From Octopus vulgaris (taxonomy: Eukaryota): DNA of 64,000 nt. The stretch is from assembly GCA_951406725.2 (NCBI GenBank), contig OX597823.1, positions 35,712,001-35,776,000 on the forward strand. The letters run 5' to 3'. The notes under the pieces were generated by a model, which ran no database searches, was not told the origin of the DNA, and saw only the letters and a list, made by a program, of their open reading frames with translations. The translations under genes and the position numbers were made by a program. How positions within the stretch are numbered: position 1 is the stretch's first letter; each line of letters begins with the position of its first letter. Positions 38,580-52,459 of this stretch are shown here, piece by piece.

Positions 38580-40260
38580 TTATATCTTTTCTTTAATTTT
38601 CGGGTTTTTTGTAGTTTTGGCAGTCTTGTCAAACTTAAGGTTTTTCAAACATTCTATGTCAGACCCTAGTAGCTTAATTTGGTGTTGAATACGCTCTTGC
38701 CAAGAAGGCTTTTTTTGAGAATGTTGCCATTTTCTAATCTTTTCACCACATAGAATCGTTGAGATTTTCGTGGATGCATAGTACAGGTGGTTGAGATCTG
38801 TGATATCAACATCATTAGCTGATATTATATACTTATGTGCAAGGCGGGCGGTTTTTACCAATTATTTTGAGGTTTTGGTTAGAATTGCGGATTTTGGGGA
38901 GAGTATCGCGTTCATCCATACTGGTTTCGTTAATTTTCAGCCATTCAATCATGATTTGATTTTTTAGAACATATAGTTCTGTTACTGACTGAAGTAGAGA
39001 ATGACCAAATTAAACATGCATTGAGGTATAAAAAGAACAAAGCTGTAACTAAAGAAGATACTACAGGGGAAATAATTATAGACCAGCACAGGGCTGATGA
39101 AAACGCAGTAATGAGTGAAAAAGTTAATGTAATTGATAGGCAATGTGTAATACTCTCTGAACCAACCATAAACACTAAGACAGATGAAAATCAAATAGAT
39201 GAAGAAAGTCACACAAATATTATTTGTGTGACTTTCTTCATCTATTTGATTTTCATCTGTCTTAGTGTTTATGGTTGGTTCAGAGAGTATTACACATTGC
39301 CTATCAATTACATTAACTTTTTCACTCATTACTGCGTTTTCATCAGCCCTGTGCTGGTCTATAATTATTTCCCCTGTAGTATCTTCTTTAGCTACAGCTT
39401 TGTTCTTTTTATACCTCACTGCATGTTTAATTTGGTCATTCTCTACTTCAGTCAGTAATTTTTTTCATAATGTTTCTTCTGACATTGGCAAGTTTGTTAC
39501 TATGTAGGGTCTTACTTCAGGGTGTTTCTGTCTCCAGTTTAAGTAGGTTTGTACTGTATTAGACTTATCTGTGGGGAAATATATGGCATGGTAGAAGGCG
39601 GTAAGAACTTCTTTATTATCTTCCCTAGACCATTTTTCATTCTTTTTCTTTTTGTTAAAATGATAACGGGCATGGATGGCCATCTGTTGGAATATTCCGA
39701 TTTTTCGACCCGAATCTGGTTCAATATTCGAGTACGTGGTCTTTTGTAACCCGGTCGATGACCATTCCGATTTATAATTTGTTTTGTTAACAGTAAGGCA
39801 TGGCGAGATTCGACGTTGACATTAGGCGACGGATCTGTCTGTTTAGGGTTAATTTTTTGCGACAACACCGTCTCCGTGTTCTCTGCATGTAAACATTGCT
39901 CACAACATAGCTTCTTAAGGCTAACAGATCTATATCAAGTGTCTGGCCCTTTGTAATCCGGTCGACGACTAACCTGGCTTGTATTTTGCTTTGTTATCAC
40001 GGAGGCATGACTAGCTTCGACGTTGACATTAGGGGGCGGATTTGTCTGTTTAGGGTCAATTTTTTGAGACAACACCGTCCCTGAGTTCTCTGCATGTAAA
40101 CATTGTTTGAAACGTAGCTTCTTAAGGCTAACAGATCTGTATTCGTCTGTAATTTCTTTTTTGTTGTTGTTGTTGATAGATTTATCTCCGATCATAGTTT
40201 TTTTTAGGTGTTTTTAAACTTATGAATGGTTCACTATGTGTTAGTTCGAAAAATGAAAAA
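38580..40260 (-). mobile_element. R4/Dong-type N-terminal region, interrupted by a palindrome; contains a 207-bp in-frame tandem duplication
   Basis: KWSREDNKEVL, NL.NVRRNI, ITDLNHLYYAS, KPSWQERIQHQIKLL. Confidence 0.7.
38982..39458. repeat. Near-perfect palindrome, 238-bp arms, 1-nt spacer
   Basis: Centre T39220; two mismatches seen; produces mirror 145-aa ORFs on both strands. Confidence 0.95.
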
Positions 40261-40747
40261 AATAGGAAAAAGTTTTGATTCTGCTTTTGCTTCGTTTGTG
40301 ACACGTGCTTTCATATGTGTGAATGTGTGTCCTGTAAATTTCATGCAGTTGTGTAAGCATTGAGATGTATATATGATTGTGTAGACAGTCGAGTGTATGC
40401 GTAATTACTCAATTTATGTACTTACTATTTTGTTCCATTTCTGTTTTATAATTTGTAAACTTTCCGGTGTTGATATCGCGTGTTTCGCACATGTTTCATT
40501 GAGACACCGTGCATAGGAAAAATTGTGCTGTGTATGGCAGTAAAATTTCGTTTTGTGTATAAAATTGAAAAACATTTTAGTAAAAGAATGATCTCTTATA
40601 TCAGAAGTAACTTATTGACGAATTATCAACCGTTGACTTCAGCTATGATTTAGCTACACTTGGTACATAACGATGGTCTTCTGTTTGGTCCAGTCGGCCA
40701 ACACACACATATCTATAATCACTACATATTTTCTTATGCAGTAATAA

Positions 40748-41489
40748 TCTATAATATAAATTGGACATGGGTGATCGTTGTATTCCTTCTTTCTTGAGGT
40801 TCTCAGCCAAACGGTTGGGTGGATTCGCGTGAAAAATGGCACACATGCGCAGACGGGTGCATACATTGGAATGCGGTTTGTATTTTTTCCCTAGCCCCCA
40901 TTCTTACCCAAAAAATCGATTAAAACTTTTTCTAATGGAATTCCCCTGTTTGTTCCGCCATTAAAACAACCAATTGCTCACACAGCCGACATATACTATT
41001 TCGCTAGCAACAAGGGGAGTACAGGATGACAGTCAAAACTTTCGCTATGCTGTCTCTTTTCTTCTCTCTCACATACACACGTGCAAGCAAGCACGCACGC
41101 ACACACACACACACACACGCACAGACACACACACACACACATCCATTTCATATATCTTCTTTCAATTTCTGCTCTCTGCAAATAAAATTTTTACGGATAC
41201 AAGTGCCTACGAAATAGGGATTAATGTATAATTTCTTTCTATGTTCATAATTAAATCAATGCTTTAATGATTAGACTGAGGTCCAATAGAATAGCTCTCA
41301 GAAACAGACTACGTACAAATTCTTTCTTCACAACTCCTGAAGCTGTTTTCTGACAAGGGAGAGGCTCCAATCAAAACAGGGGACCCGAAATGATAAAATT
41401 GAGAAACGTTGTTATAGATTATGCCTAACCGGAAACGATCACAACCACATCATCCAAACAGACCGGGTGAAACCGAGCTTAGCTACTAG
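40748..41489 (+). mobile_element. Non-autonomous Helitron, family B
   Basis: A|TCtataatataaa start; accgggtgaaaccgag degenerate hairpin then CTAG|T. Confidence 0.65.
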
Positions 41490-42105
41490 TATCAAATAAA
41501 ACATCTTATGAAATCCATAGATTTGTCTCTACCGATTAGCGCATTTTCCATTTGATATAACTAAATTTAATTCATACAAAAGACAAATATTTTTTGACAA
41601 TTCTTAACTTTTTAGTAATGCGAACGCAAAAAGCTCATATTAGCTCCCAATAAAAAAAGTCATAAAATGAAACAGCAGAAAAATTTAAAAGAATCAGCAT
41701 ACTACTTGTGATCTAAGGTCATTTATTCTTTTTGCTGATGCGCTTCTGTAGAGGCACTTTGTTTTATATTGACATCTTCTGTCAATCACTCCTTTGTCGA
41801 CATTCATCATCATTTAGAGTGCTTAAAGTCATAATTGGTAGTTATATACCGAAAATAATATCAGCAGATATTTAGTTAAACGGCTTTTAGTTTCATTACT
41901 GTAAGTGTCAACTTAACTCCCTGAGGTCCGTAGAATGATTATCATTAAAGTATAATGATCAATATAATCAAAGAAATTATCCCCGTGTAGATCTGAAGGT
42001 TTATACTTGTATAGGAGATTCACGGCATAATGATAGGACGCAGGATAAAATGTATTAAGCTATTAGTTACACCCCTTTATGATATGACTTTTAATATTAC
42101 TGTCG

Positions 42106-42285
42106 CGCGAGCTGGCAGAATCCTTAGCATACCGGGTAACTGCTTAGAGATATTTCGTCCGACTTTACTTTCTGAGTTCAAATTCTGCCTTTTATTCTTT
42201 CAGGGTCGATAAAATAAGTACCAGTTGGATCAGCTTAGCCCCCTACCCCGAACTTGCTGGCCTTGCGCCAAAATTTAAAGCTGAT
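42106..42285 (+). mobile_element. SINE family 3, degenerate
   Basis: gcgagctggcagaatccttagcataccggg...gagttcaaattc. Confidence 0.7.
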
Positions 42286-42659
42286 ATTGCTGTCGTGTAC
42301 TTTGCCTCTCAAATGTTAATGAAGTACCAGTAATCTACTGTGATCTTATTTCACCAAGTTTTTCCAAACTGTGTGATCTTGCGTCACAAAAGCAGATGGC
42401 ATTTGTTACCCGTATAGATTACGGCTCACCCATGTTGGTCATGCAATCTAAATTGTAACCCAACACTATCGAAATTAGTTACTCTCGCGTAAAAACTCTT
42501 GCCGCTAATATGCTCATACTCCACTGGACAATAACTGAGTTACTGACTCTTGCCAACATCTCACCACACCACCTCCCATAGCAAATACAAGAGACTGATG
42601 TCGTTGATTATGTTACGTAATAGCCTACCTCCAAAGTGACGCTAGTATCTTAGGGGTGG

Positions 42660-42976
42660 CTCTCTACTGCTGTAGTTACTCTTTGCGATGTCGCAGTTAT
42701 TATTTTTGATGCTGATGCTTTCACTGTTGCTGTTGCTGTTGCTGATGCTATTTCCATTCTTGCAGCTGATGTTGCAAACTCTGTTGCTATCACTATACGC
42801 TGTTGATGTTGGTGTTGGTGTTGTCGTTACTGTTACTGTTGATGTTGAAGTTGCTGCTGCTCTTAACTTTGAAATTGTTGCGTTTGAGGTCTTTTTTCGG
42901 CGGTCATATTCTGCTGTTGCTGTTGTTGTTGTTGTTGTTGTTGTTGCTGTTGTTGTTGCTGTTGTTGTCGTTGTCG

Positions 42977-43014
<38 letters not shown>

Positions 43015-43015
43015 G
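42660..43015. repeat. Degenerate and pure (GTT/GCT)n trinucleotide repeat
   Basis: Direct reading. Confidence 0.9.
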
Positions 43016-43717
43016 GGACCAGAAGGTCTTCTAACTTGAAATGAACGATGCAGCCTAGATTATGGTATTTAGGCCTTCTAGCCTCCACTACTACCTTTAA
43101 TTGTTGCCCTCCTGGGCTCTATTATTTCGGGATATACTGTGGCTAGTATTTCAGGTTTCACCTGAATCAGGATCCTATCCTACCCAATTTTCTTTTCGAG
43201 CATTTTCGGTGGAGTATTTCTGGGCCAATAATTAATTCCTACACAGTAATACCGGTCGGCACGAATGATAAAGTTTATGCACCCCAGATGTTTTCCAAGT
43301 TTATTACAACTTGTTAACGGAGATTCACTCTCGTCTATACTTTTTCAAACGCATGTATCTGTATACCACCATTCTTCTCTTTGTTTGCTCTAGTAGCTGT
43401 GGTGAATGTAGTCTTTGTACCATTTCTGTTAAATAGTTTTATTGCATGTTCCTAAAATTGCTGCTTTTAGTTTCCAGATGGTGTTGCAGGACCAGCAAAG
43501 GATTTGCCCTTTGACGTGCTTTTACTGTTGCTGTTGTTGTTACTGTTATTGTTGCTGTTGCTTCTGTTATTATTTACTATTGGTAAGGAAGCAGTGGCTT
43601 TGTTGCTAATACTAGACCTTTTTCTCTCCTACTAGTAATTTTCTTGATGACGGAGGCGGTTTTACTGCAACTATCCACTACTCTGTTTGACACCAAATCG
43701 TTACTATTGTTACTGTT

Positions 43718-43833
43718 GAAGAAGAAGAAGAAGAAGAAGAAGAAGAAGAAGAAGAAGAAGAAGAAGAAGAAGAAGAAGAAGAAGAAGAAGAAGAAGAAGA
43801 AGAAGAAGAAGAAGAAGAAGAAGAAGAAGAAGA
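43718..43833. repeat. Pure (GAA)n tract
   Basis: Direct reading. Confidence 0.95.
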
Positions 43834-44773
43834 AACAAAAGCTATAAAACAAATGAAATCCAAATTAAAATTAGAACAGCAACGGACCATGATAAAACAA
43901 TGGCAAGAAAAGCCCCTTAATGGCAAATACTGGGCTAAACTAAACGCAAAAGAAATAGAGAAAGCAAAATCCAGCAATGGCTTAGAAGCTCAGTACTGAA
44001 AGCAGAGACTGAAGGATTTTTAATTGCAGCACAAAACTACCAGTCTCCCCACCAGAAATTACCAAAAACATATAATAAAAAGAAACATAACAAGTAACTG
44101 CAGAATATGTGGAGATGGACAAGAAATAATAAATCATATTGTTTCTGGCTCCCCAGTCCTGGCTAAAAAGGAATATATTCACAGACACGACAGAGTTGGG
44201 ACCTACATACACTGGAAGCTATGCCAACACTATGGAATAACAATAGAAAAAAGATAGTATAAGCACTCACCAGAAAATGTCACAGAAAATGATAAAGCAA
44301 CAATACTATGGGATATGCCAATACACACAGATAAAGAAATTAAGGCCAATAGGCCAGATATAGTTGTCAGAGATCATGAAGAAAAAAATGCTTTCTAATT
44401 GATGTGTCAATACCAGCAGATGACAACGTTTTTTCTAAAAGAAATGGAGTAAATTTCAAAATATAAAGAGCTGGAAATAGAGGTAACTCGAATGTAGAGT
44501 CTAAAAACAGAAACAAATCCTATCATAGTGAGCGCATGAGGTATAATAAAAAAAATATTCAGACAGATACATAACAAAAACACCAAGACTAACAAATATA
44601 TATAACATACAAAAAATAGCACTACCAGGCACCGCACACATCCTACGTAAAACACTTTCAAAACAGTAACCATAAGAGCATCACAGCAAACCACAGTATA
44701 TACCCAAGGCACAGAGAGCTGCGATCGATAGTGCAGTGAAAGTACGTTATAAAGATCAAACTATTAAATAATA
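43834..44773 (+). mobile_element. R4/Dong-type 3' fragment with 3' UTR
   Basis: WQEKPLNGKYW, CRICGDGQEIINHIVSG, HRHDRVG, NRPDIVV; same family as 37435 and 48092. Confidence 0.9.
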
Positions 44774-45659
44774 CCTTCACCCAGATGAACCGTTATAGCA
44801 ACATGTGCCTAAAAATGTAAACACATTTTTATACGAAAACTACAAACCTGTGAGTAAAATTTTAAATTCTACATTTTAATTATATAGACATCCGTATTTA
44901 TACAAACCTCTATATATGTGCACATTGCTATTTCTTCTCGGTCTCTCGCTGATACATCAATAATAATTATGATTATAATTATAACTCTGAAAGAAACATC
45001 AACACATGTCTATGGGCGTTGTTCATTAAAAAAAAAGTAAACGATATAAAAACGGACCCATAACATAAAAAAACAACCTAAGCAGAAAGAACGACAGACA
45101 GATAATCATAAATACTATGAATAGTTGATGATGATACATCAATAATAATTATAATTATGGTTATAACTATGAAATAAACTTCAACACATGCCCATGGGCA
45201 GTGTTCAGTTAAAAAAACTAAACGCTGAAAAAAAAACGGAATCCAGCAAAACCCACAAAAAGAGAAAGAACGGTAGACTGAAAATCATAAAAACTATGAA
45301 ATAGTTGATTTATGATTTACATACATTAATATGCAACGCGCCCACCAAAACAAAAACATACAAGAATAAACTCATACTGTAAATACCCAACAAAATGAAC
45401 AAAATCTACATGTGTCATAGAAGGCCGACACCCGACAGAAGAATACAACCTGCGCTGTACAAACAATACACAATACAAAAAACAACAGAAGACACAAACC
45501 AAATCCCATAAGAAAACAAATTGATACAATACAATATCCCCCCACAGTGAAACATGCAGCATTCCCCACCCCCATCAACATAAATGTGCAACAAATGATG
45601 CAATAGAAAATTGCTTGAAACTTTCAGAAGTCGAAAAATAATGGTGGTAATGATGATGG

Positions 45660-46900
45660 TGGAGAACGTTACGTTACCTTAGTTTATGAAAGACAGCTGT
45701 TTCCGAAGAAACTCTCGTTGTAACAGCGAAAATGAAGCTGGACCATTATGGGGAGGCCTCTCGTTTGGCAGTGGTTCAGTAAAAATGCTGACTGACCACA
45801 ACTGTCATCCTAATACAGCATCAACAGATAATAGAGCAAGGAGGAGGAAGTGGACCAGCGAAGAAGACACACATACACACATATGAAATCACGTGTCACA
45901 AACGAAGCAAAACAATAACAAAGCAATTTTCTTCGAACTAACACAGGCAAAGAGAACGATTCACACCACGAAGAAACCTGTCAAAAAAATTACAGACGGA
46001 TACAAACCTGTGATCCGGAAGAAACTATGTTACGAGTAAGGTTTTCATTCAGAGAACTCACAGGCAGTGTTGTCTCAAAAAGTTAACCCTAAACAGACAG
46101 ATCCGGCCCTGATGTTAACGTCCTCTTTTCTTATTACCCACAAGGGGCTAGATATAGGCGTTTATTCAGCACAAAGACAATACAAAATATGGGTGAAATA
46201 AAAATATAAAAAGGAAATCGAGCAAGGAAGATAAAATAAAAAGAAGCGAATGAAATTATGAATAATGATAAAATGAGGCGCAATGCCCACTCGACTCCCG
46301 AAGTGGAGTGGTTACATTTAGACATGATTTCGAACAGTTTTTCCTCTTTTTTCTATTTTTTAAACAAAAATTCACATTTTCACCGTCATTTTTTCTTCAT
46401 ATTGTTCATATCATATCTAATATCTCCAGTTTTCTTAACTCATCATATTCCACTACGGGCGGCGGAGTGCCACACAACCATAGCCCGTCAATCATATTCA
46501 CCAAATCATATGAATCCATGAACACATCACATCTTTCTTCATTCACCAAAATATGCTTTTCATTTTCATTGAATTTCTCTCTGAGCAGCTTCACCCTCAC
46601 TAGTCATTTCCACTTTGATATTCTTGCTTCTACCTCTGCACTCTTTTCGTAGATTATCAAGAATTTCTTATGACTTACCTTTTCTTTTGGTTTTGTCTCT
46701 ACTGATGTTAGCATCCAAGTTCGTCATACCTCAATGATAACAAAGCAAAATATACACCGGATCAGCTGTTACCCGTGTCAACAAGGGCCACGCACCGCAG
46801 TGAGGAACGGACTGGGTGCAAAATATCACCCATTGGTTCAAATCTTCCCGAAACACAGGATGATGCCTTCGGGTTTATGTTCATACCACTTTTTTGCTCT
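45660..46900 (+). mobile_element. Scrambled 5'/N-terminal R4/Dong-like fragments
   Basis: RARRRKWTSEE at ~45835; 45990-46120 and 46715-46800 homologous to the 39700-40150 repeat in opposite orientation. Confidence 0.5.
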
Positions 46901-47039
46901 GTCAAGTCCATACTTGTTGCAAAGTGTTCAGTGGACAATCCTTGCTATTTTGTCATGACGTCTCTTATATTCTTTCTGGGCTGGGGGTGTACATTGACTA
47001 GTAATATGCCATACGGTGGACGGATAATCATAAATACTA

Positions 47040-47230
47040 CAAAATAATTGCTCTTCTCAATACGTGAGACGTACCAGTTAATTCAATCTTTTGCCTCTTC
47101 TGCATAGTTGGTAATCCAGGGATCATTCTTAAATAATTCTCAGTTCCTTTTTTGATCATCCAGAGTGCTCCTACAACCATTGGTATTGTAACCGACTTGT
47201 GATGCCATCTTTGTTCCTTCTACTCTGTAG
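47040..47230 (-). mobile_element. RLE retrotransposon extreme 3' fragment
   Basis: VTIPMVVGAL.MIKKGTENYLRMIPGLPT...TGTSHVLRR. Confidence 0.65.
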
Positions 47231-47654
47231 CATTATTAAATGTTGTTTAGTTTCGACATTTGTCTTGTACTTGAGAGAATCATAAACATGTGAGGGTTGG
47301 AGAAGATATGAGAATGAGAAGCAGCTTGGTGAACAGACCAAATTCCACAGGTCTGTAAATAGGTTCGGCAGATAGTGGGAAGGAGATCAATAATGGGGCT
47401 TCGCGTCACACCCTTGCGATCAGCAGATGTCAAATCTGTTTACTACTACCAATGATCAATATGAACGCTGACTTTGGCCTTAGAAAGAATCAATTCACCT
47501 TGTTATGTTTTTAATTACTGATGGAAAAATAATAATATATATATATATACTGATGTTTATATCGTTGAACTTTTGAATTTTTGGATTTTTTGAGGGTTTT
47601 TAAAAAATTTTACTTTTATTTTTATAAGTTTTGCTGTGGTTTATTATAATAATT

Positions 47655-48051
47655 AACCAGTCGAGCATGTCCCTTTGTGGCTGACGGTATGTGCCTCTCT
47701 GATCATGAGCAGAAGTAGTGGGGGAGCATCATAGCCATTCGTTGAAAGGAATTCTTTGAGGTTTGGATAATTCACCTTTGGAAACATGGGTGGTTTGTTC
47801 AACATCCTTAAACAATCCTTATTCAGCGACCTTTTGAGCGGAATGGGCTACTCGACCTGAAGAAAATTCTAACTGGGCCCTACCTGCAAGGTCATGTGCT
47901 GTTTATCTTGATATATCAACATGTCGCGCACATATGGTTGTGATGCATGTGCCTAGTGTACCCTTATCAGACGGGTAGTCATGATTGATATACTGGGCTT
48001 CGTATATTTTACCCCAGTGTCACTTTGATGGCATGCACTGCTCTCTCACTC

Positions 48052-48052
<1 letters not shown>
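47655..48052. repeat. Second copy of the 24972-25510 repeat
   Basis: Direct homology. Confidence 0.75.
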
Positions 48053-48087
<35 letters not shown>

Positions 48088-48091
48088 TATA

Positions 48092-48558
<467 letters not shown>

Positions 48559-48559
48559 C

Positions 48560-49648
48560 AAATCTATGAATACCTAGGAATAAACAAGCCTATAAATACC
48601 TAGGAACATATGAAGGCCCTGGTATCCAGCATGCAAGCATGAAAGAGAAGGTTAGGAAGGAATGTTATAGAAGAGTTCGAGCAGTCCTGAAGTCTTAGTT
48701 GAATGCATATAATAAGGTGTTAGCCATAAATTCCTTAGCAGTCCCAGTTGTTCTCTATAGCTTCAATGTGCTTAACTGGAATACCAGTGAAATAATGAAA
48801 GTTGACAGAAAAATCCGCATGCTACTGACTTGTAATAAAATGCATCATCCAACGGCAGACGTGTGTCATCTTTACCTTTCCAGAGCTCAGGGAGGTCGAG
48901 GTTTGATCCAGCTTGAACTTACATACAAAAACACCACAATCCGACTGGCCAAATACCTTGAAACAACCAACGATTGGATGTTAAAACTTGTTGAAAAACA
49001 TGAAAGACCGAAAAAACTTCACTCTATTTTCAAAGAGAGCAAAAAATTCGCTACTGATCTCTTAGATACCTACCATATTGATCAGGTTGAAGGAAATGCG
49101 CCAACTGCTGCTGCAAAGAAAATAAAATTTATTGCAAAGACAAAAGCACATGAAAAATTAGCTAGCACATGGGAACAGAAACCCCTGCATGGCCCGTAAC
49201 AAACAAGCTGATGTCGACCAGAACCACACGCACCAATGGTTACGAAGCTCAGGGCTAAAAGCAGAGAGTGAAGGTTTCATATTAGCTGCTCAAGAACAAA
49301 GCTTATTAACTCGAAACTACCAAGCCAATATGATAAAAAATGGAGCCGCCCCAAAATGTCGATTCTGTAACGATGAGATTGAAACTATAGACCACCTAAT
49401 CTCAGGGTGTAGAGTCTTAGCACCTGTAGAATATAAATCAAGATATGACAGAGTCGGCCAGTATTTACACTGGACAATATGTCGGCATTATAAAAACCAA
49501 AACCGCTGACAAATGGTATAAACACCATTCTGAGGGAGAAAATGTGTCGATTCTATGAGACTTCCCCTTACATACCGACAAATCTATAAAAGCTAATAAA
49601 CCGGATATTATTATAAAAGATCAGACAAAAAAGATGTGTTTATTAATT
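48560..49648 (+). mobile_element. R4/Dong-type fragment, second subfamily
   Basis: YKYLG, HLYLSRAQGGRGL, AAQEQSL, CRFC-ETIDHLISGC, NKPDII. Confidence 0.9.
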
Positions 49649-49649
49649 A

Positions 49650-52364
49650 TGGGAGTGACAAAAGAAAATATCCAATACGGAAAAGAAGGATCCAGGCAGA
49701 GTTAGACATGCACTCGAAGGAAATCTCTATGTTAGTCCGAAAAGAAAAGGGGAGCTTAAAAGCGAACAAAAATACAGGGCGCTGAAAAGGATGTATACTA
49801 TTGAAAGAAAGGGCCTGAAAATTAGTAATAGAGGAACTGAAACAGCGCCTCGTTGCAAAGAAAGCAAAGATGGTAAGATACGACCAAAGAATGAAGGGTT
49901 ACCGCCAGAATAGGTTATTCGGTGTAGATCAGAAGAGATTCTATAAAGAAATAAATGGAGAGTTCACGGATGAAAAATTGATACCAGATAACATTGAAAG
50001 TCAAAGGCATTGGAGTGACATCTGGAACAAAGGCAAGGAGCACAAGAAGGATGCTGAATGGTTGCAAGAACTGAAACAAACAGTAGTTCTGTCCACAACA
50101 GGCACAACTAGTCATTTCAGTTAGGAAAGTGAAGGATATCAGCAAAAAATTAGCAACTGGAAGGCCCCGGGACTAGATGGAGTTCAAGGCTACTGGATCA
50201 AAAGATTTGGTTAATGTCATGCACGAATAGCTGCGCAACTCAACATCTTGTTAAATGCCGACCAAGTAACACGAGAATGATTAACATTGGGTAGGACAGT
50301 GCTGTGCCTGAAAAGCATCGAAAAAGGCAATACGGTAGACAATTAGAGGCCGATATCCTGTTTGCCACTTATGTGGAAATTATTGACTGGAATACTCGCA
50401 GAGTCAATGTACGAACATCTGGAAAAAAATGGAGTCTTGCCACATGAGCAGAAGTGTGGCAAGTGTAAGTGCACCAAGGATCAACTCCTGATAGATAAAA
50501 CTGTACTAAGAGACTGCAAGAGGAAGAAAAGTAACTTAGCCATGTAATGGATCGGCTATCGTAAGACGTACGATATGATCCCACATTCTTGGATTATGGA
50601 GTGTATGAACCTATTTGATATTGCATCGAATGTTAAGCGATTGCTTGGAAAAAGTATGCCGAATTGGAGGACGGACCTGACAGCATACGAAGTTTAGGGA
50701 CAGTAGAAATTAGGAAGGGCATCTTCCAAGTGGACTGCCTGTCCCCACTTATCTTTTACTGGGCTTGATACCACTAACACTGATTCTGATGAAAGCAAAA
50801 GCTGGGTATGTATTCAAAAGCTGCCAACAAAATGTCAGCCATTTGTTATTCATGGACGACCTCAAACTTTATGGTAAAGATGAAGCCCAAGTTAATTCCC
50901 ACTTTGATACGGTGTATACCTTCAATGCTGATATCAGAATGGAGTTTGGAGTGAGAAAGTGTGGTGTGTTATTCTTGAAGAGAGGCAAAATCAAATGTAT
51001 GGACGGGCTAACGATACCGTCAGAGGAGGTTATGGAGCAGATAAAAAGAGACGGGCTGCAAGTACTTGGGGATTTTGGAAATGGATAAATTGATGTAGAA
51101 ATAAATGACAGAAAAATTTAAGGTGGAGTACTTGCGCAGACTGAGACTGGTACTTAAGTCGAAATTAAATGGATGGAATAAGATCGAAGCTATCAACACC
51201 TGGGCGGTTTCATTCCTTAGATATGGAGCAGGGGTAATCACAGTAGACGATCTAAAGAGCTTAGACAGAAAGACGATGAAAATACGGGTCACTCTACCAC
51301 AAAAGACATGGAAGATATCGGTCACTCTACTACAAAAGACAAAGAAGATATGGGTCACTCTACCACAAAAGTGACACAGACTGTATGTACAAAGAAAAAG
51401 AGAACTTATTGGATGCGAACACAGCATTTGAGTAGAAGAAAACAACATAGCACGGTATGTAAAAATTCCACAGAACCGCTATTATTAGAAGTAAGAAGGT
51501 CAGGCTTCTATTGGATGAAAGATTGCAAAGATAAAGCACTATACAAGAAATTGAAAACGAACGAAACTGAAAATAGGTGTGTAAAGAAAAGAATGCATGG
51601 TCAACTTCATAGGGATGTTGAAGATAAGACAGACCGAGAAGCAAGATGGCTGTGGATGACTAAAAGTCATTTAAAAGCGGAAACGGAGGCTCTAATCTGT
51701 GCTGCCCAAGAGCAAGCACTAAGAACAAACTACATAAAATACAGAATAGACAGCACAGCAGAAAGTGATAAGTGTAGAATCTGTGGACAAAACGGTGAAA
51801 CGGTATGGCATATTACCAGTCAATGTACGCCACTAGCTCAGAAGGAATATAAGAGACGCCACGACAATATAACCAGGCTTGTCCATTGGACACTTTGCAA
51901 CAAGTATATATTTGACAGCAAAAATTGGTACGACCACAAACCTGATGGCATCATCGAAAATAGATTCGGTGCAGCCATGAGATAGAGAATAGGAAGCCGA
52001 ACAAAGTCTTAATTGAGAAAGAAAACAAACTATGCTGGATCATAGACATAGCATGCCCAGTTGACAACAAGGTATGCGATAAGGAAGAAAGAAAGGTAGA
52101 GAGATATGACAAGTTAGCTTGGGAAGTCAAGCAGTTGTGGTCAATGAAAAAGGTAGCAGTAATACCAATAATTATCGGAGCCCTGGGAACAGTGAACAAA
52201 AATCTGGAGAAGTACGTGGAACAAATAGAGGCTGCAATAAGGGTGGAGCACTTTCAGAAAACATCGGTTGAATACTAAGGAAGGTGCTCGAAAAATAACA
52301 GGAGCTATCTTAGTGAACAGCTGACACTATAGTACATCTCCAGCATTAGAAGCTATGCAAAGGC

Positions 52365-52365
<1 letters not shown>
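49650..52365 (+). mobile_element. R4/Dong-type element with decayed RT, CCHC and RLE, ending in (TAA)n
   Basis: NWKAPGLDG, RPISCLP, HLLFMDDLKLYG, AAQEQALRT, CRIC-ETVWHITSQC, IIDIACP. Confidence 0.92.
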
Positions 52366-52457
<92 letters not shown>

Positions 52458-52459
52458 TT

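Noticed and set aside
38982-39458. Paired 145-aa ORFs on opposite strands
   Set aside because: A consequence of the palindrome within a retrotransposon ORF
51270-51375. Three 33-bp tandem units, and gagacgggctc x3 at ~4293-4330, as CRISPR-like arrays
   Set aside because: No unique spacers, eukaryotic context; simple minisatellite slippage
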